A stretch of DNA of 64,000 nucleotides from an uncultured Acidobacteriota bacterium. GTDB lineage: Bacteria > Acidobacteriota > Vicinamibacteria > Fen-336. The DNA is taken from contig OY970399.1 of assembly GCA_963720545.1 (NCBI GenBank), positions 1,472,001 through 1,536,000 of the forward strand, given 5' to 3'. Of this stretch, positions 56,859-64,000 are shown in pieces (the stretch's first letter is position 1; each line of letters opens with the position of its first letter). Under the pieces are notes generated by a model, which saw only the letters and a program-made list of their open reading frames with translations, made no database searches and was not told where the DNA came from. Both the position numbers and the translations under genes were made by a program.

Positions 56859-57338
56859 CTAGCGTTTGGCGGCGGAGTCGTAGACGAGGACGCGGCCGGA
56901 TTCGCGGAAGCCGTGGCGCAGGTACAAGGAGCGGCTGCGGTCGGTGGGCCACAGGAAGAGGGCGTCGACGTCGTTTTCCTTTGCCCAGTCGAGCGCCGTT
57001 TCCAGCAGGCGCGTGCCGATGCCGAGTTCCTGCCGGTCGGGGACCACGTAGAAGTTGGTGACATAGGCGTGGCATTCCAGTTCCTCGACGGGGTTCGGGA
57101 TCTTCTCGATCGCCTGCAGCCAGAGGTGACCCCACAGGCCGTCCTCGCCTTCCGCCACCCAGACGTGCCACGGGCCGGCGCCGGTGAGCCGCTGTTCCAT
57201 CCACAGCCGGCAGCGGCCCACGAACAGGTCGCGGTCTTCGCTGGGTTCGCCGATCGACTTCCTGAACGAGTAGCGCAGTGCGGCGAGCGCCGGCGCGTCC
57301 GCTGCCTGCGCCTGCCGGATCCGGAACCGGTCTGCCAT
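56859..57338 (-). CDS. GNAT family N-acetyltransferase
   Basis: IR.A...D, YV.P....LGIGTRLL motif A, SLY.R.GF. Confidence 0.85.
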   Translation of the reverse strand: MADRFRIRQAQAADAPALAALRYSFRKSIGEPSEDRDLFVGRCRLWMEQRLTGAGPWHVWVAEGEDGLWGHLWLQAIEKIPNPVEELECHAYVTNFYVVPDRQELGIGTRLLETALDWAKENDVDALFLWPTDRSRSLYLRHGFRESGRVLVYDSAAKR

Positions 57339-57389
57339 GAGCGGCGACCTTAGCAGGCCCGTAGGCAGGGCGCCAATGGGCCTCGTTGG

Positions 57390-57500
57390 GTGTCTTGGTC
57401 ATTGTTTGAGAGATTGCAGACATTTAGAATGTGTGTTTAATCATAATTGTGGCCAGATTTAGTATTAATATCGTGCCAACTAGTTCTGGAGCCACTGGAC
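57390..57500. promoter_or_regulatory. AT-rich regulatory region upstream of amtB
   Basis: Sharp local AT enrichment; inverted repeat ACATT-N3-AATGT (57420-57432) and TATTAATA. Confidence 0.5.
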
Positions 57501-57502
57501 CG

Positions 57503-58795
57503 ATGAAAGACGCCGACATCGCTTTCATGATCGTCGCCACCGCGCTGGTAGTCCTGATGACGCCAGCGCTCGGGTTCTTCTATTCCGGCATGGTGCGCGG
57601 CAAGAACGCGCTCAACACGCTGATGATGAGCCTTTCGGCGTTCGCCTTTGCCGGCATCGCCTGGGCGGTTCTCGGCTACTCGCTGGCATTCGCGCCGGGT
57701 GGCGGGTTCGTTGGCGGGCTGCGGCACGCTTTTCTCAGCGGCGTCGGGCTCGAGGCGCAGGGCTCCATCCCCCACCTGCTGTTCATGGCGTTCCAGGGCA
57801 GCTTCGCCATCATCACGGTGGCGCTCATCTCCGGGTCGCTGGTGGAGCGGATGCGGTTTTCCGCGTATCTCGCCTTCGGCACTCTGTGGACCGTCTTCAT
57901 CTATGCGCCCGTCGCCCACTGGGTCTGGGGCGGCGGTTTCCTGTCGCGCCTTGGCGCGCTCGACTTCGCCGGCGGCACGGTGGTGCACGTGAATGCCGCC
58001 GCGGCCGCGGTGGTGGCAGCGGTGGTTCTCGGGCCGCGCAAGGACTATGCGCGCCAGGCGTTCCTGCCGCACAGCGTCCCGTTCACGCTGCTCGGCGCCG
58101 GACTCCTTTACTTCGGCTGGTTCGGGTTCAACGCCGGCAGCGCGCTGCATGCCGACGCCACTGCGGCGCTGGCATTCACCAACACGCTGTTCGCACCGGC
58201 GGGCACGCTGCTCGTCTGGACGCTCCTCGACATGCGCCGCTCGCGGCGGGTCACCGCCGTCGGTGCCGCCACGGCCATCGTCGTCGGTCTGGTCGCGGTG
58301 ACGCCGGCCGCCGGCTTCGTCGCGCCGCTGTCGGCGATCTTCATCGGCGCGGTCGCCGCGGTGCCGAGCTATTACGCCTTGCTGTGGCGGGCGCGCACGC
58401 GCGTGGACGATTCGCTCGACGTCGCCGCGGCTCACGGGCTCGGCGGCACGGTGGGCGCGCTGCTCACCGGCGTCTTCGCCCACAAGGCGTGGAACGGCAT
58501 CGTCGATGGCGCGCTCTTCGGCAACCCGACCCAGCTTGCCATCCAGGCCGGCGCCGTCCTGGTGGTCGCCGCCTACAGCGCCGCGGGCACCTGGGTCATC
58601 CTGCGGCTGCTGGCGCTCGCGATGCCGCTGCGCGCCGCCGACCGCGACGAGGGCACCGGGCTCGACGTCACGCAGCACGGCGAGGAAGCATATGCGCGCG
58701 ACGAGGGCGCCATCCTCATCCTGCACGAGGAGCATGCCGGCGCCGAATCCGGCCTGGTCGCGCCGGCACTCGGCATGGGCGAGGCCCGCTGGTGA
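57503..58795 (+). CDS. amtB: ammonium transporter
   Basis: MTP.L..FY.GMVR.KN, DFAGGTVVH, FGWFGFNAGS, DD.LD....HG. Confidence 0.95.
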   Translation: MKDADIAFMIVATALVVLMTPALGFFYSGMVRGKNALNTLMMSLSAFAFAGIAWAVLGYSLAFAPGGGFVGGLRHAFLSGVGLEAQGSIPHLLFMAFQGSFAIITVALISGSLVERMRFSAYLAFGTLWTVFIYAPVAHWVWGGGFLSRLGALDFAGGTVVHVNAAAAAVVAAVVLGPRKDYARQAFLPHSVPFTLLGAGLLYFGWFGFNAGSALHADATAALAFTNTLFAPAGTLLVWTLLDMRRSRRVTAVGAATAIVVGLVAVTPAAGFVAPLSAIFIGAVAAVPSYYALLWRARTRVDDSLDVAAAHGLGGTVGALLTGVFAHKAWNGIVDGALFGNPTQLAIQAGAVLVVAAYSAAGTWVILRLLALAMPLRAADRDEGTGLDVTQHGEEAYARDEGAILILHEEHAGAESGLVAPALGMGEARW

Positions 58796-59139
58796 AGCTG
58801 GTCGTCGCGGTGCTGCGTCCGGACAAGCTGTCGGCAGTGCTCGAGGCGCTCTACCGCGCGGAGGTCCGCGGCCTCACGATCAGCCGCGTGCAGGGCCACG
58901 GCGGCGAGACCGACCGGGTCGAGACCTATCGCGGCACCACCGTGAAAATGGAGCTGAACGAGAAGGTGCGTCTCGAGATCGGCGTGTCCGATCATTTCGT
59001 GGACCTGACCGTGCGCGCCATCGCCGATGCCGCGCGCACCGGCGAGGTCGGCGACGGCAAGATCTTCGTGCTGCCGGTCGAGCGCGTGGTGCGGATCCGC
59101 ACCGGCGAGCAGGATCAGGAGGCGGTCACGCCCGTGTGA
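58792..59139 (+). CDS. glnK: P-II nitrogen regulatory protein (atypical T-loop)
   Basis: KLV.A..RP.KL, YRG, TG.VGDGKIFV, RIRTGE; GTGA overlap with amtB. Confidence 0.9.
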   Translation: MKLVVAVLRPDKLSAVLEALYRAEVRGLTISRVQGHGGETDRVETYRGTTVKMELNEKVRLEIGVSDHFVDLTVRAIADAARTGEVGDGKIFVLPVERVVRIRTGEQDQEAVTPV

Positions 59140-59154
59140 GGCGCTGGCGCGCGC

Positions 59155-60639
59155 TCAGTTTGTTTCGCGCGGGACCGGCCGTTCCGGCACTTCCTCGAGC
59201 AGGCCGCCGTGGCCGAGCGCCGCTATTGCGGCGCGGTCAAGCCGCTCGCCCGCGAGCAGGCGCGGCACCACGAGGTCAACGACGTTGGCCTTGGCGCTGC
59301 GCGCGCAGCCGGGCGCTCCCACCACCGGGATGCCGTCGAGGTAAGCGACAAGCAGCAGGTTGCCGGGATCGACCGGCGCGCCGTAGGCCTCGATCGTGCC
59401 GCCCGCAGCTTCGATGGCGCGCGGCGCGACATCGTGGCGATCGACGATGGCGGTTTCGCCCGCGATCAGGATCATCGTGATGCCGGCGGCCTGCTGGGCG
59501 CGCAGCGCGGCGGCGAGAGCCGCTTCCCCGGTTTCGTCCTCCAGCGAGACGAACAGCACCGCGTCGAGCGAAGCGCCCCACGACGTGAGACGGGCGCGCA
59601 ACGGCGGGTCGAAGTCGGAGACGATCCGATCGTGCGCGGAAGGCGACCCGACCAGGATGAGGGCAACGCGGTGCGGCGGCAGCGCCTCGATGCGCAGCAG
59701 CGGTTCGCTGGTCGCCGCTATCGCGACCGCGCGCTCGACGCTCGTGCCGGGAACGAAGAAGGGCACGATCTTCACGGTTGCCGCGAGCTGGCGCGCCTTC
59801 ACGACACTGCCCGAAGTCAGCGTCGAGACGGAAACGCCTTCGACCAGGTTCAGCTCGGTGAGCCGGCCGGGATCGAGGCGCAGCAGGCCCGGTGCCGTCG
59901 CGAGCAGGTTCACGCGGCCGACGTGCGGACTGGTTGCTTCCAGGTTGGGCCCGCCGAGCGATGCGGCAATGCGCTGCGCGGCCTCGTTCTCGCCGACGTC
60001 GGCGGCGCCCGGCCGGGACGCGTAGACGCTGCGGCGGCCCAGCGAACGCAGCACCTCGATGTCCGCGACGGCCAGCACCCGGCCCTTGCGCAGCAGCCGG
60101 CGGCCGTCGGCAGCGGCGATGTTGTGGGCGAGGATGGCGCCTTCCGCCTGCTCGAGGGCCAGGGAGCCGAAAGGCAATCCGGCGCTTTCCTTGGCTTCGC
60201 CTTCGATCCTGACCCGCACCGCCTCGAAGAAGGCATCGGTCAGCCGCTGCGCAACTCCGCCCATGAGGCGCGCCGCAATGCTCGCGATGGTGCCTACGAC
60301 GTTGACGTCGGCCACCCAGTGCAGGTGCGTGCCGGCGCCTTCCCCGTCGGACAGCGACATCTCGCTCTGCACGTCCACGGCGCTGCCGGGCGCCTTGCCG
60401 TGGGCCTTCATGCGCGCCCGGTTCGGCGCCTCGAGGTCGAGCCATTCAGCGTCCGTGACGAAACGCGCCTTCATCGCGCCGAAGCCGACCGCTGCGACCG
60501 CCCGGAACCTGCGGCCGTCGTCCAGCACTTCGAGCGACTCGACGTCCGGGGCGCAGCTGCCGACGGCGCGCGGATCGGTGAGGAACGCCCAGACCTGCTG
60601 GCGCGGCGCGCGGATTTCGACGTCGCCCTCGAAACGCAT
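59155..60639 (-). CDS. CoxG (SRPBCC) domain fused to molybdopterin-binding (MoCF_biosynth-like) domain
   Basis: N-terminal ~150 aa F.G...I.APR..VW.FL.DP..V..C.P (CoxG); then FG..L..AEGAILAH, GRVNL, PVDPGNLL, GAPGCARS. Confidence 0.75.
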   Translation of the reverse strand: MRFEGDVEIRAPRQQVWAFLTDPRAVGSCAPDVESLEVLDDGRRFRAVAAVGFGAMKARFVTDAEWLDLEAPNRARMKAHGKAPGSAVDVQSEMSLSDGEGAGTHLHWVADVNVVGTIASIAARLMGGVAQRLTDAFFEAVRVRIEGEAKESAGLPFGSLALEQAEGAILAHNIAAADGRRLLRKGRVLAVADIEVLRSLGRRSVYASRPGAADVGENEAAQRIAASLGGPNLEATSPHVGRVNLLATAPGLLRLDPGRLTELNLVEGVSVSTLTSGSVVKARQLAATVKIVPFFVPGTSVERAVAIAATSEPLLRIEALPPHRVALILVGSPSAHDRIVSDFDPPLRARLTSWGASLDAVLFVSLEDETGEAALAAALRAQQAAGITMILIAGETAIVDRHDVAPRAIEAAGGTIEAYGAPVDPGNLLLVAYLDGIPVVGAPGCARSAKANVVDLVVPRLLAGERLDRAAIAALGHGGLLEEVPERPVPRETN

Positions 60640-60725
60640 GGTGCTCGGGGATTCTAAGTGCGCTGCTGACCAAAACCTCAGGAGTCCGTGACTACATCCG
60701 AGACCGAAATGCGGATACTTCGTTC

Positions 60726-61814
60726 ATGCCGACCGCGATCGAGTTTCCCGGAGAGTTCCTGACACGGCGCGCCGAAGTGCGCGATCGCGGCCGCCTGACG
60801 GAGCTGATGGCGCAGCGCCATCCCGGTTACTTCGCCGCACGCTACGCCTGGCTCTACCGCGCGAACCCGCACGGGGCGGCCACCACGTGGCTCGCCTTCG
60901 AACGCGCGAGCGGGCGCCTCGCGGGCTGTGCTTCGATCTTTCCGCGCACGCTGCTCGTGGCAGGAAGCCTCCATCGCGGCGCAGTGGCCGGCGACTGCCA
61001 TGTGCATTCCGCCTTCGCGGGACGCGGCGTCGACGTGCTGCTGGCGCGGGCCGTGGCGAGCGACCTTGGCGATGCTGGGGTGGAATACCTCTTCGGCCCG
61101 GCGCTCGCCGGTGCCAACGGCTGCGATGCCGCCGCTGTCGGCGCGTTCGGCTCGTGGCTGCGGCCGCTGGTCAGCGACGCCTGCTCCGGACCGCGGTTCC
61201 TGCGGCGGACACGCCTGCGCCTCATCGAACGCCGCGCCGGACGCGCCGCCGCCGGCTACCGAATGGAGCCGCTCGTTCTGGACGACGACGGCTGCGGCCA
61301 GTTCTTCGCCGCGGCCGCCGCTCAGTATCCGGTCCTTGGTCGGCGCGACCTGCCTTATATAAGGTGGCGGTACCGCGACTGCGTAGCGCGGACGCAGCGG
61401 CCGTTCGTAGTGAAGCGCCGCGGCCAGATCGTCGGCTTCGTCGCCCTCGAGACGACCGCGGGCCGCCTGCACGTCGTGGACTTGCTGACGTTCCGCGAGC
61501 GTGAAGCGATGGACGCTGCGCTGGCCCTGGTCGTGAGCCATGGCCGAAGGCTTGCGTGCGACTCGGTCGCCATCGGCTGCACGCGCGAGGGCGCCCTCGC
61601 GGGGCGGCTCGCCCACCACGGCTTCGCCTTCAACGTGCGCGGCGAACGGCGCTTCGAGGTGCGCGCCGCAGGTCCGGCGCCATTGCCCGAGCAGCTTCGC
61701 GACCCGGCCGCATGGCATTTCCTGCAAGGCGATGAGGGCAACGACACGGTGGCCGCGCGCGTGCGGAGATTTCCCAGCCACGAGCCGAGCGGAAGCGCGA
61801 AAATGGCTTCGTGA
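60726..61814 (+). CDS. hypothetical protein with GNAT-like domain(s)
   Basis: WLY..NP.G, D..VH..F.GRG motif A-like, R...Y..WRY. Confidence 0.55.
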   Translation: MPTAIEFPGEFLTRRAEVRDRGRLTELMAQRHPGYFAARYAWLYRANPHGAATTWLAFERASGRLAGCASIFPRTLLVAGSLHRGAVAGDCHVHSAFAGRGVDVLLARAVASDLGDAGVEYLFGPALAGANGCDAAAVGAFGSWLRPLVSDACSGPRFLRRTRLRLIERRAGRAAAGYRMEPLVLDDDGCGQFFAAAAAQYPVLGRRDLPYIRWRYRDCVARTQRPFVVKRRGQIVGFVALETTAGRLHVVDLLTFREREAMDAALALVVSHGRRLACDSVAIGCTREGALAGRLAHHGFAFNVRGERRFEVRAAGPAPLPEQLRDPAAWHFLQGDEGNDTVAARVRRFPSHEPSGSAKMAS

Positions 61815-62458
61815 CCGGGACCGGCGAAAAGCACGAAGAGATCCTCAACATCTACGATGACAACGGCGCGGTCAGCGGCACGCTCGGTCGCCGCGCCGCC
61901 AAGGCGCGCGGCGAGATCCTCGGCGTGGTGCACGCGCTGGTGGTGAACGGCGCGGGCGAGGTGCTGCTGCAGCAGCGACCGCAGGGTCTCGAGAACGGCA
62001 CCCGCTGGGACAAGACCGTGGGCGGCCACGTCGGCGCCGGCGAGTCGTTCGCGGACACCATCGTTCGCGAAAGCCGCGAGGAACTGTTCGACGATGCCGA
62101 GGGCGGGCCGGTGGTGCTCGCCGCGGACGACGCAGCCTTCACGGCACTGGTCGCCGCGGGGGTCGCGAGCGGCAGCGTGGTGCTGAAGCACGCCGGCGTG
62201 CAGCTGGGGCTGCGCGACGTGCGCGTCGTCGCCGGCGGCTTTCGCAACCAGGCCTATCACGTCGGCATCTTCATCGGCCGGACCGACCTGACGCGCGCTG
62301 CGTTTCGGCCGCAGGCGTCGGAGATCGCCGACCTGAGGTTTCACGAAGCCGCGGCGGTCGACGCCATGCTGCTCGCGGGCACGCTGGCGCCGAACATGGC
62401 GTTCCTCTGGCTCGCCTACGGCCGCCGGGCGCTGCGCCTGGCAGGAGACGGCCGATAG
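61811..62458 (+). CDS. NUDIX hydrolase (IDI-like)
   Basis: N..GEVLLQQR, WD.TVGGHV.AGES......RE..EEL. Confidence 0.8.
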   Translation: MTGTGEKHEEILNIYDDNGAVSGTLGRRAAKARGEILGVVHALVVNGAGEVLLQQRPQGLENGTRWDKTVGGHVGAGESFADTIVRESREELFDDAEGGPVVLAADDAAFTALVAAGVASGSVVLKHAGVQLGLRDVRVVAGGFRNQAYHVGIFIGRTDLTRAAFRPQASEIADLRFHEAAAVDAMLLAGTLAPNMAFLWLAYGRRALRLAGDGR

Positions 62459-62468
62459 AATCTCCTGC

Positions 62469-63056
62469 ATGGGAGTCGGTTGGGAGCGGCTGGAGCGAGC
62501 TCTCGCAAGCCGCGAAGCGCGCGAAGTCGATGCGCCAGGCCTGCGTCAGGCCGCGGTTTCCCTGGTGTTTCGCGAACAGGACGGCGCCCTCGAGCTGCTG
62601 TTCATGAAGCGCGCCGAGGACCCGAACGATCCCTGGTCGGGACAGATCGGCTTTCCCGGCGGACGCGTCGAGCCCACGGACAGCGGCTTTCGCGCGGCGG
62701 CCGTGCGCGAGACTGCCGAAGAAGTCGGCATCGACCTCGATGCCTGGGGCGAGTACCTCGGTCCGCTCGACCAACTGCGCGCGGTCGCACGCATGCGTCC
62801 CGTGGATTTGGTGATCGCACCGTTCGCCTGGCGGTTGCGCGAGCATCGCGGCGTGGTCGCAAACGCGGAAGTGGCCAGCACCCACTGGGTGGCGCTCGAC
62901 GCGCTCCTCGACACCGCCAATCACGGCACCATGGAATACGATCACGCCGGCGCCATGCTGAGGTTTCCCTGCGTGCGGGTTGCCGGGCTCGTGATCTGGG
63001 GGCTGACGTTTCGCATGTTCGGCGAGCTGGCGGAGCGGCTGGCGGGGCTCCCGTGA
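62469..63056 (+). CDS. CoA pyrophosphatase-type NUDIX hydrolase
   Basis: AAV, KRA....WSGQI.FPGG, A.RET.EEVG, IWGLT. Confidence 0.88.
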   Translation: MGVGWERLERALASREAREVDAPGLRQAAVSLVFREQDGALELLFMKRAEDPNDPWSGQIGFPGGRVEPTDSGFRAAAVRETAEEVGIDLDAWGEYLGPLDQLRAVARMRPVDLVIAPFAWRLREHRGVVANAEVASTHWVALDALLDTANHGTMEYDHAGAMLRFPCVRVAGLVIWGLTFRMFGELAERLAGLP

Positions 63057-63460
63057 TCGCATTGACGCGCGAGCCCATCGACGTCGCAGCCCTGCACCAG
63101 GCCGACCCCTGCGACGGCGCCTTGTGCGTGTTCGTCGGCGTGGTGCGCAACAGCAACCTCGGCCGCGCCGTGGCATCGCTCGAGTACGAGGCGTACGAAG
63201 AGATGGCGCTGCCGCTGATGGAAGAGATCGCGGCGCAGGCGCGCGCCCGCTTCGCCGACATCACGCGCGTGGCGATGATCCACCGTCTCGGCCACCTGCA
63301 GGTCGGTGAACCGAGCGTGGCGGTGGCGGTGGCGTCGCCACACCGCGCCGACGCATTCGCCGCCTGCCGGTTCGCGATCGACGCCCTGAAGGCGACGGTG
63401 CCGATCTGGAAGAAGGAGCATTACACCGACGGGTCGGTGTGGCTCGACGGCGAGGCCTAG
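63053..63460 (+). CDS. moaE: molybdopterin synthase catalytic subunit
   Basis: GA...F.G.VR, L.YEAY, HRLG.L..GE, S.HR..AF, LK..VPIWKKE; GTGA overlap. Confidence 0.93.
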   Translation: MIALTREPIDVAALHQADPCDGALCVFVGVVRNSNLGRAVASLEYEAYEEMALPLMEEIAAQARARFADITRVAMIHRLGHLQVGEPSVAVAVASPHRADAFAACRFAIDALKATVPIWKKEHYTDGSVWLDGEA

Positions 63461-64000
63461 CCGCCGATCTGGAACATGGCGCGCTCCTCGGACGAGATGC
63501 CTTCGTCGAGGTTGTGGCCGGTGGGCTTGAGGCCGACGGCCTTGCGCAGGATGTCGCGCACCGCCTCTTCGCCGCGGCCGCCGCGGATCGCGGCGCGCAC
63601 GTCGAGTTCGTCGTCGTGCAGCAGACACAGGTGGAACTTGCCGTCCGCGGTCAGACGCATGCGGTTGCAGGTGCCGCAGTAAGGTTCGCTCACCGGGCTG
63701 ATGAAGCCGACGACGCCCTGGCCTTGCGCGAAACGGTAGTTCCTCGCTTCGTCCGAGCGGTTGGCGTTCGGCAGCGGCGTGAGCGGGCCGAGCGCCGCCT
63801 CGATGCGGCGGCGGCTCTCCGCGGAGGGCACGTACTGCGACAAAGCGATGTGCGCCGCCTCCCCGCCGCCGAGCGGCATCAGCTCGATGAAGCGCACGTG
63901 CCAGTCACGCTCGAGCGCGCGGCGCGCGATGTCCACCACGTCGAGGTCGTTGAAGTCGCGGGTGACGACGCTGTTGATCTTGACGGGCGTCAGGCCGGCC
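63457..64000 (-). CDS. moaA: GTP 3',8-cyclase, 5' part outside window
   Basis: KINSV, RFIELMP, GFI..S..YC..CNR.RLTADG...CL, C-terminal IGG. Confidence 0.93.
   Translation of the reverse strand, partial: AGLTPVKINSVVTRDFNDLDVVDIARRALERDWHVRFIELMPLGGGEAAHIALSQYVPSAESRRRIEAALGPLTPLPNANRSDEARNYRFAQGQGVVGFISPVSEPYCGTCNRMRLTADGKFHLCLLHDDELDVRAAIRGGRGEEAVRDILRKAVGLKPTGHNLDEGISSEERAMFQIGG

Noticed and set aside
57463..57479. Sigma54 promoter for amtB
   Set aside because: TTGGCACG is on the minus strand, pointing away from amtB, and lacks the -12 TTGC element.

Overview
High-GC, densely coding chromosomal window, probably from an Acidobacteriota-type bacterium (inferred from an ADOP-type duplicated orphan permease and an ECF/anti-sigma/DUF4097 triad). 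It holds about 58 CDSs. These include purine biosynthesis genes (purB-mscS-purS-purQ and purL-purF-pfkB), pdxJ, surE, udk, several peptidases and outer-membrane barrels, and amtB-glnK. There is also a dispersed molybdoenzyme complement: Tat-exported IorAB-type enzyme, form II coxSLM, coxD/E, xdhC, a CoxG fusion, moaE and moaA. I found no rRNA, tRNA, CRISPR array or transposase. The most unusual signals are non-coding. (1) A ~135-145 nt multi-stem element occurs twice (2456-2589, 56701-56844) with compensatory outer-stem changes. (2) A modular family of palindromes and repeats is shared among four convergent intergenic gaps. (3) Three genes apparently start at CTG within a CTGA stop/start overlap. 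(4) Many genes look leaderless, and some promoters look bidirectional. A permease-aminotransferase-coxSLM operon divergent from mmsA suggests a substrate for a form II Cox-like enzyme. All functional calls come from motif recognition only; no searches were run.
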